In this document: piece by piece, positions 57,391-64,000 of the stretch
Layout: every line of letters starts with the position of its first letter
Numbering within the stretch: position 1 is the stretch's first letter
From: Selaginella moellendorffii
Taxonomy: Eukaryota; Plantae; Lycopodiophyta
Direction of reading: 5' to 3'
Assembly: GCF_000143415.4 (NCBI RefSeq)
Contig: NW_003314263.1
Coordinates: 932,165-996,164 of the forward strand
Length of the DNA stretch: 64,000 nucleotides
Notes under the pieces: generated by a model
What the model was told of the DNA's origin: nothing
The model's input: only the letters and a program-made list of their open reading frames with translations
Databases searched by the model: none
Program-made: the position numbers and the translations under genes

Positions 57391-60300
57391 TCAGAAGACC
57401 ATCAAAGTTCTTTTGTAGATGGGCTGGGATCTGGAGGAATGTCAGAAGGAGGCATCGACGGATCTGTAAGTGATATTAATTGTTCCTGATCATGTTGTAT
57501 AAAACGTTTCAATTGGTGCACATATACAATTTTTAGAGGATTAGTCTGCTGAACATCATGCTGAACCTCATAAACTTGTGGTCCAACTTGCTACAACACT
57601 CAATACGGTCCTTTTCATTGAGCAAGGAGCCCCCTAGATAAATCACATACCATAAGATGGGAAAAACAGACTAACACCAAGTCATCTACTTTGTACTTTG
57701 TAAGTGGACGATGATAGAAGTTGTAACACCGTTATTATCCCACTTGTGTGCGGCCTAAGTGTTTGGCAAACTCTGCTCGAACAAGTGGAAAAATACTCAT
57801 CAAATACTGATCCCACGACCCAGCATCAGCAGCTTGTGGCAATTTTGAAGGTAAACCTAGCTCTGTTGGTAATATTGGATCACGACTATATAAAAGTTTT
57901 GTTTAGTAAAGCACTAACAAAACTCTACACCCCTGTGACATATGCAGGGACTATATATGAAATGGCAAATAACCATCTTAATCCAAATATTGAAAATTCA
58001 CATACTTCACGATCATTCTTTTGAATGTTTGAACGAGCCGTTCCACCAAACTGTCTGATTGTGGATGATAAGCACTCATGAAAGTGTAGCGTATCCCCAA
58101 CTGAAACATCAAAACATGAAATGCCTCAGCCATAAATGCAAGACTATTATCCAAAAGAATCCACTCTAAACAAGAATGCTGGAATACCATTCAATTGAGG
58201 AGGAAGTATCTAACAGTAGTTGCAGAGGCACTAACAAGAGCACCAACTTCCACCCAATGAGTCAAATAATTATAAGCAATAATAACATATTTATTGTCAA
58301 AAGTCGATTGTGGAAAAGGTTCCATAAAATCAAATGCCACAAACTTAAATGGACGGGAAATTGCAATTGACTTCAACTATTTTTCTGTGGCACGAGGGGG
58401 AGTATTATGAGTTTGGCACTAAACACAACTATGTATATACTAGATAACATCATGTCAGCCAATAAAAATACCTATGTAACTTCTTAGCCACACGATGATG
58501 TCCTATACTCACCTAGAACAAGAGAATCATGGTAAGCATGGAAAAACTATGGAATAAAGACAAAAAGCACCATCAGCCATAAATGATTTTCAAAATTTGT
58601 CCCCACAAAATAAAGAAGGCCATCTTTAAGGCAATATTGAAAATGTAAATGCCAGAATGGCAAGTTATTAGCAAGTGATGTAGGATTTTCAAACCCATCT
58701 CGAGGCCTTCAAATCCATGGCTTAATCTTTTGAGACTGTGAACCTCATCAAGAGAAGGTAGATCTTGCTCTACACCTTATGGACATTGAACATTAAGTAC
58801 AACAACTGTCGACGGCACAGAATCCTTGTTTAAAAAATCCACAGATGCTAAAATAATAGACTCGTCAAAAACATGAGAAGAAAGTGAAGAAGGAAGAGGA
58901 GCTCAAGAAAGAGCATCAGTATCAATCATAAAACTCCCCAGGCGATGAACAACATTAAAATTATATATATGAAGCTTCAAAGCCCACTGAACAGTATGAC
59001 CAACCAGGTTCTTCTACTTTAATAATAAAGTAATGGTACCATGATCACTTTCTAATAACGTTCGAGAACTATGTAGATATGTATAAAGTTTCAACTGCTA
59101 CTAAACACTCCTTCTCCATCATAGAGTAGTTCACCTCTGCTAGTTGTAACATACGGCTTATATATGCAATAGGATGGCGTTGACCAGACACACTCGGGCT
59201 CTCTTGCATCATCCAAGACCAATATCAGAAACATTCACGCACAAAATGAAAGATTGAGTGTAATCAGGATATGCCAAAACTGAAGGAATCATCAATAGCT
59301 TTTTGAGATCCATGAACATCCGCTCACAATCTAGAGACCAAATGAAAGATGACGTTGATGACTTCAACAACGCTTACAACGGTGCAGTGTGATCAGAAAG
59401 ATAATCAACAAAACGACTGAAATACTACACTTTGCCCAGGAAGCGTTGCACATCATTCACACACTTTGGAGTAAAGAACCTTAGAACAGCCACAAGTTTG
59501 TTAGGATCAACTTGCAAACCCTCACGAGAAATATAGTACCCAAGATAAATCGTGTTCTTGGACCCAAACACGTGCTTTGATCACTTCAACTTTAAACCAA
59601 CATCCTATAGCTGATCCAACACTTTACAAATATCACAGACGTATTCCTCCCATGTCCCCTCCAAATGGATTAAGACATCATTAATGAAGTTAGCAGTCAC
59701 ATTTAGCATATCGCAAAGAACCTCATCCATCATCTGCTGGAAAGTTGCTGAATTATTGTTCAAACCAAATAGCATCACCAAGAACTCGTATAAACTAAAC
59801 TGTATACAAAAAGCAATCTTATAAATATCTTTTTTAGCCATCAATACTTGCTAGTACCTAGAAGCAAAATCTAGCTTGGTGAACCAACAACTTTTCCCTA
59901 GACAATCCAAAAGATTAGCAATATAAGGAAAAGGGTAAACATCTGGGATCATCACTTCATTTAATGGACAATAGTCAATGTAGAAATGAATACTCCCATC
60001 AGACTTCATCATAATGTGAGGTTTACATGCCTAAGGACTCCGTAACTTTTGAATAACACTTTTTTCCAACATCTCTTTGACGTTTGCACGTAAAATCTTG
60101 ATCTCTTTAGGTGATCGACAACAAACAGAAACCTTAATAGGACGAGCATCCTCAGTTGGAATCAGATGACGTGTGGCAATCTTAGCCCCAAATGATAGGT
60201 CATATTCAAAAAGATCCGCATACTCCTTAATGAGCCAGTCAACCACTGCAACACAAAGATTGTCAGAGGGATCGGAAAAGGGAATAGTGGAACAAGATGG

Positions 60301-61464
60301 AAACATAAAAGGAAGTAGTAGAGAGATAAAAGTAATGGAAGCAAATGTAAAAACATAGGGATGAAGAAGTACAAAAGTGAAAGGAATGGATGAAATATAA
60401 GGAAATATGAGATAAGGGGGAGAAGCTTCAAAGTTACACTTGGCATGATTGTGTTGCAACCAATCTATACCAAGGATGAGGTCAAAAGCTTGACTTGACA
60501 TCACCCACAATGACTGCAACCCAAGTACAAGATTGCCCATATGCACAACTAGGTCCACTTCATCCCATGCACATGCATGTGTACAATCATTGCCATAAAG
60601 AACTCCACCACACAACACAAGTGTAGATAGCAATGTGTGGCAATAGGTCAAGCAATAGAAGATAAACTTGAATCTATATCAACCAATATGGAGAGAATAA
60701 TAAGAAACCTCTTGTTATAAAAATGAACTTAGAAAGTAAACACTAGATGAATTAGTGCCGAGTAAACCTTCTAATGATACTCTTGAAAGAAAGATGGAGG
60801 GCTTCACTAACTTATTCATGCAAAATCCCTCTATTACTTGTGTGATTCCTTGTTTCCCAGATACATCTCGGTGTCCAAACCCTCCACTACAGCAACACCA
60901 ATAGAATATTGTTGACACCAAGGTCTTCACCTAGGAAATGGAGGCTACTAATCTGGAAAATGCTGACAACACTGATAAGTGTGACCAACTTTATCACATA
61001 TCCAGTAGTGAATATCACGGCCACGACCACGTCCTCACCCTTGTCCTTGGGCTCAAATAGTAGCAGCATCAACTTCCATTGGAACACGACCATCACCCAC
61101 AGGAAGTGGAACTGAAGGATGTGTAGCAAGAAGTGGAAGAAGTGACGTCTCATAACGTTGTACCAAGTGAAGAACATCATTAAAGGTGGCTGGAGCAAGT
61201 ATATGCACAAGTCTGACAAGATCTTGATGAAATATTAGCCACAACATTCCTAATTTGATCCATTCTGATATATTTGGCTTCGCACGAAGCAAGAGGCTTT
61301 AGAAATGAATACCAAATTGCATCACCAACTCAAATGTCCCTTAACAAAGACAATGCAATTATTGGAAGGTGTCATCACAATTGTCGACATGTCAGAATGT
61401 GTGTTTGAAGACATCCGGGAAAACACTCTAATCCCTATGAGTGGTTGCATTCAAACCATTGTAC

Positions 61465-61920
61465 TGTAAGCCACAAATTTTTCCTTTCCAATTTGCCAGC
61501 TTACCTCGTCTATCCGTCCAACACCGCCTTGGCCTTTGCTAAGTTCCCTTGCCAAGGTTCTCGCCTATGGTACCAGCTCCTACTTGGTCTCAGCTACTTA
61601 CTGCACGAGCAATGGAGTGTTAGCCATCCATCTACGGATTCCCAAATCACTCCCAATCCCCCTCCCCGGGTTAGACTGGACTTAAGGTTCGGCTACACTC
61701 CCTGCAAGCACAAGCAGCCAAGCACACCAAGCTTCCAGGTTCCTAACTTCCCTCGGTACCACAAGACTTGATCATGGGACCCTCTAAATCCCAAGTCTTG
61801 AGTGCAACACTTGCTTCGGGACGCCGGGGCGAAACACCGTGGCCTAGCGGCCCGGTATGGGTACCTCTCGCCCTCCACTTCCATCCCGAAGGAATTTCCT
61901 TTCCAATTTGCCAGCTTACC
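61465..61920. mobile_element. 456-bp insertion (solo-LTR-like) nested in gag
   Basis: TSD TGTAC (61460-61464, 61921-61925), termini TGTAAG...CTTACC, and a 26-bp subterminal direct repeat. Confidence 0.8.
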
Positions 61921-62430
61921 TGTACCACTACAGTGTCATCCTTTGGAAACACGTGGGAAACTCACGCAAATGTCAAGCACCATCCCAAGAATGATATGTG
62001 GCAATCACTGTGAAGTGATCAAACCAATAGTACATATTATCCCCAAGATTCCCACAAAAGAACTCTGGCCGAATGCAAGGATTAGCATCAAGAGCAAGAG
62101 GAGTTATACCACGTGTTGTGAATGCCATTATCAACTGAGTTTGGTTGTTTAATTGCAAGCACATAGCATCAAGCAATTGTACCAACTACTAGTCCAAAGT
62201 CAAAGGAGAAGGAAACTGCTACTTTGCCATGAAGATGAATGAAAAAAAAAGAGTTAAAGAAGAAAAATGAAAAAAAATTAGAAGGAAAGGGAGATTTAGA
62301 TAATGCAAATGCTAAATTTAAACTAAAATCCTAGAAAGAACAAAAGAAAGGAAATGGAAAAAGCTATATCTAGATGTAAATTTAAACTAAAATTCCAAAT
62401 CTAAGCACTCTTTAAAGACAATCTAAAGTG

Positions 62431-62446
62431 CCCCTCATCTCCACCA
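62431..62446 (-). promoter_or_regulatory. Primer binding site complementary to tRNA-Ala 3' end
   Basis: TGGTGGAGATGAGGGG lies 1 nt inside the 5' LTR. The tRNA-Ala complement is TGGTGGAGATGCGGGG. Confidence 0.75.
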
Positions 62447-62447
62447 A

Positions 62448-62623
62448 TGTGAATGCATAGAATATGGAAAGGGAATATAGAAAATATGTATATCAATTAG
62501 CCCAAAAATTCTAATTTATATACAAGAGCGAGTGGTCCGAATTGAAACCAATCTAACAGCTACCAAAATCCCATTACACTAATATTAGTATATGGCATCA
62601 TAGCTGTACACTTGGACCTCACA
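62448..62623 (-). repeat. 5' LTR
   Basis: Direct repeat of 57226-57390, adjacent to the PBS. Confidence 0.9.
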
Positions 62624-63961
62624 ATAGAAAATAAAATTTAAGATGATTTCTTAATAGAATATTTATTGTTGATATATTTAATATTATCAAATTTTATCTT
62701 TTCAATTTGATAGATATATCTGAAATGAAAAATACATTAGATTTAATCTCATTTTATAAGTAGCACTTCTAAAAAAACTTTAGTGGGTTTAGGGTTTAGG
62801 GTATCTCTTTAATAGCTAAATAATAACTTTGCCAAAGTATACAACAACTTTGCCAAGCTTCTAGTGTCATAGCTCCTAAGCTAAAATTGAGCAAGCTTTA
62901 GTGCTATGGTTGTAAGAGCTACGGCCAGGTTATGGCTGCTATGCCATGATTAGGCTCAATGTTGTGAATGCGATTGCAGGTATTAAAAATTACTTGTCAT
63001 TAAGTACTTTTAAATGTTCTTTTTTTACTATCATGATAGCAAGAGGTCAGTATTTCTAGATCCTTTATCAGTCTCCACTCAACCTAATTGAGAAATTGGT
63101 CATTACATGTGCATTTGGCTAAAAGAGTATAAAAATGAAATTTCTAAATGCTATTAGTCAAACATATTTGATCTAGTTAAAGAAATTCATTAATTGATTT
63201 GCACTTGCTAGTGTTAGGACCTTTGTGATATTAAGTTTGATCCCTCAATACTTGCTAAATGATAACTTATTATATTTGCCAAAACACCCTTGCTATCATA
63301 CCTTATTTGTTTGGTCTTATTGGTTATTTATGAAAATCTCTAGATTTGCTAATTAGAGTGTAGAGATTGTCCTAAATATGTTAGGCTTATAGTACCCATA
63401 TCTTCATATTAGGCCACTGATATGTTTAAATAATACTAGATTTTATTTGGCTCTATTTTGCATACTAATCTTGATATTTGGATGTTGGATGCTCTAAATT
63501 GTTCTAATGTCATTCCATACTCTTGTCCCTTCATTCTTTGAGCTGAATGCTCAAAAGTTATTCTATACTTTGGTTGTTTCACTCTTTGGCTATATGCTTA
63601 AAAATTTAGCTTCATTCTTTCGTTTAGTGGCACAAAGCCTTGAAATTTAGATTCCCTTGCATTACCCTTGGATATGTGGCCAAGGGTTTACATTCCACAC
63701 TATCCACCATAGATACCATAAAGCTATTAGGGAAGAACCCTTATGAGATTGTGCTAGATTAACATTCCATCTAACAACTTACCAACTTACCAATGCAATT
63801 GAAAACCTCACCTTTTTTAACTAGTATGTATTGTAAGAGGATCCACAATATATTTATTAGAATTGGCATCTCAATTGAGTTTAGTAGTATGTTTTCTTTC
63901 TCATTGCCTCTTAATTGTAGAAGCCACCACCATCACCAAGATTGCCACCACTAAGCCTACT

Positions 63962-64000
63962 TGTAAGCCACAAATTTTTCCTTTCCAATTTGCTAATTTA
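63962..64000. mobile_element. Start of a second copy of the 61465 element (cut by the window end)
   Basis: tgtaagccacaaatttttcctttccaatttgc matches 61465-61496. Confidence 0.75.

Larger units (their letters stand above)
57226..62623 (-). mobile_element. Full-length decayed Ty3/gypsy LTR retrotransposon
   Basis: LTRs at 57226-57390 and 62448-62623 (TG..CA) with TSD ATAG. Gag, RT (LYEFLVMLFGLNN.SATFQ), RNase H and integrase (AYHPQSDSLVER) remnants occur in gypsy order. Confidence 0.93.

Noticed and set aside
62785-62801. TTTAGGG repeats as an interstitial telomere
   Set aside because: Only about two units, indistinguishable from the telobox motifs common in this window.

Overview
Eukaryotic plant nuclear DNA. 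The host is most likely the lycophyte Selaginella, inferred from 50-70 bp introns, high gene density, PLS-class PPRs, and ciliary genes alongside YUCCA and WOX. There are two N gaps (9410-9696, 40549-40686). Zone 1 (1-22 kb) is a rearranged accessory region. A ~5.1 kb cassette of three intronless divergent kinases plus a PPR 3' fragment occurs as a large inverted duplication (1491-6601 vs 11633-16792) around a decayed CACTA/En-Spm transposase. It also holds a short kinase-derived hairpin, a solo LTR nested in an older copy of its own family, and a 194-bp solo LTR carrying a 5S rRNA promoter segment (Cassandra-like). Zone 2 (22-53.5 kb) is a dense block of conserved genes: PPR, ATXR7 with four CCHC zinc knuckles, METTL18-like, PPR, YUCCA, organellar PheRS, a Gnk2/DUF26 cluster, a ciliary-type gene, mitochondrial RPS5, ASG2/WDTC1, WOX13 with a WOX9/11-type C-terminal domain, DTC and SSNA1. 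Zone 3 (53.7-64 kb) is AT-rich, with a full-length decayed Ty3/gypsy element containing a nested 456-bp insertion. All calls were made by eye from motifs; no database searches were run.
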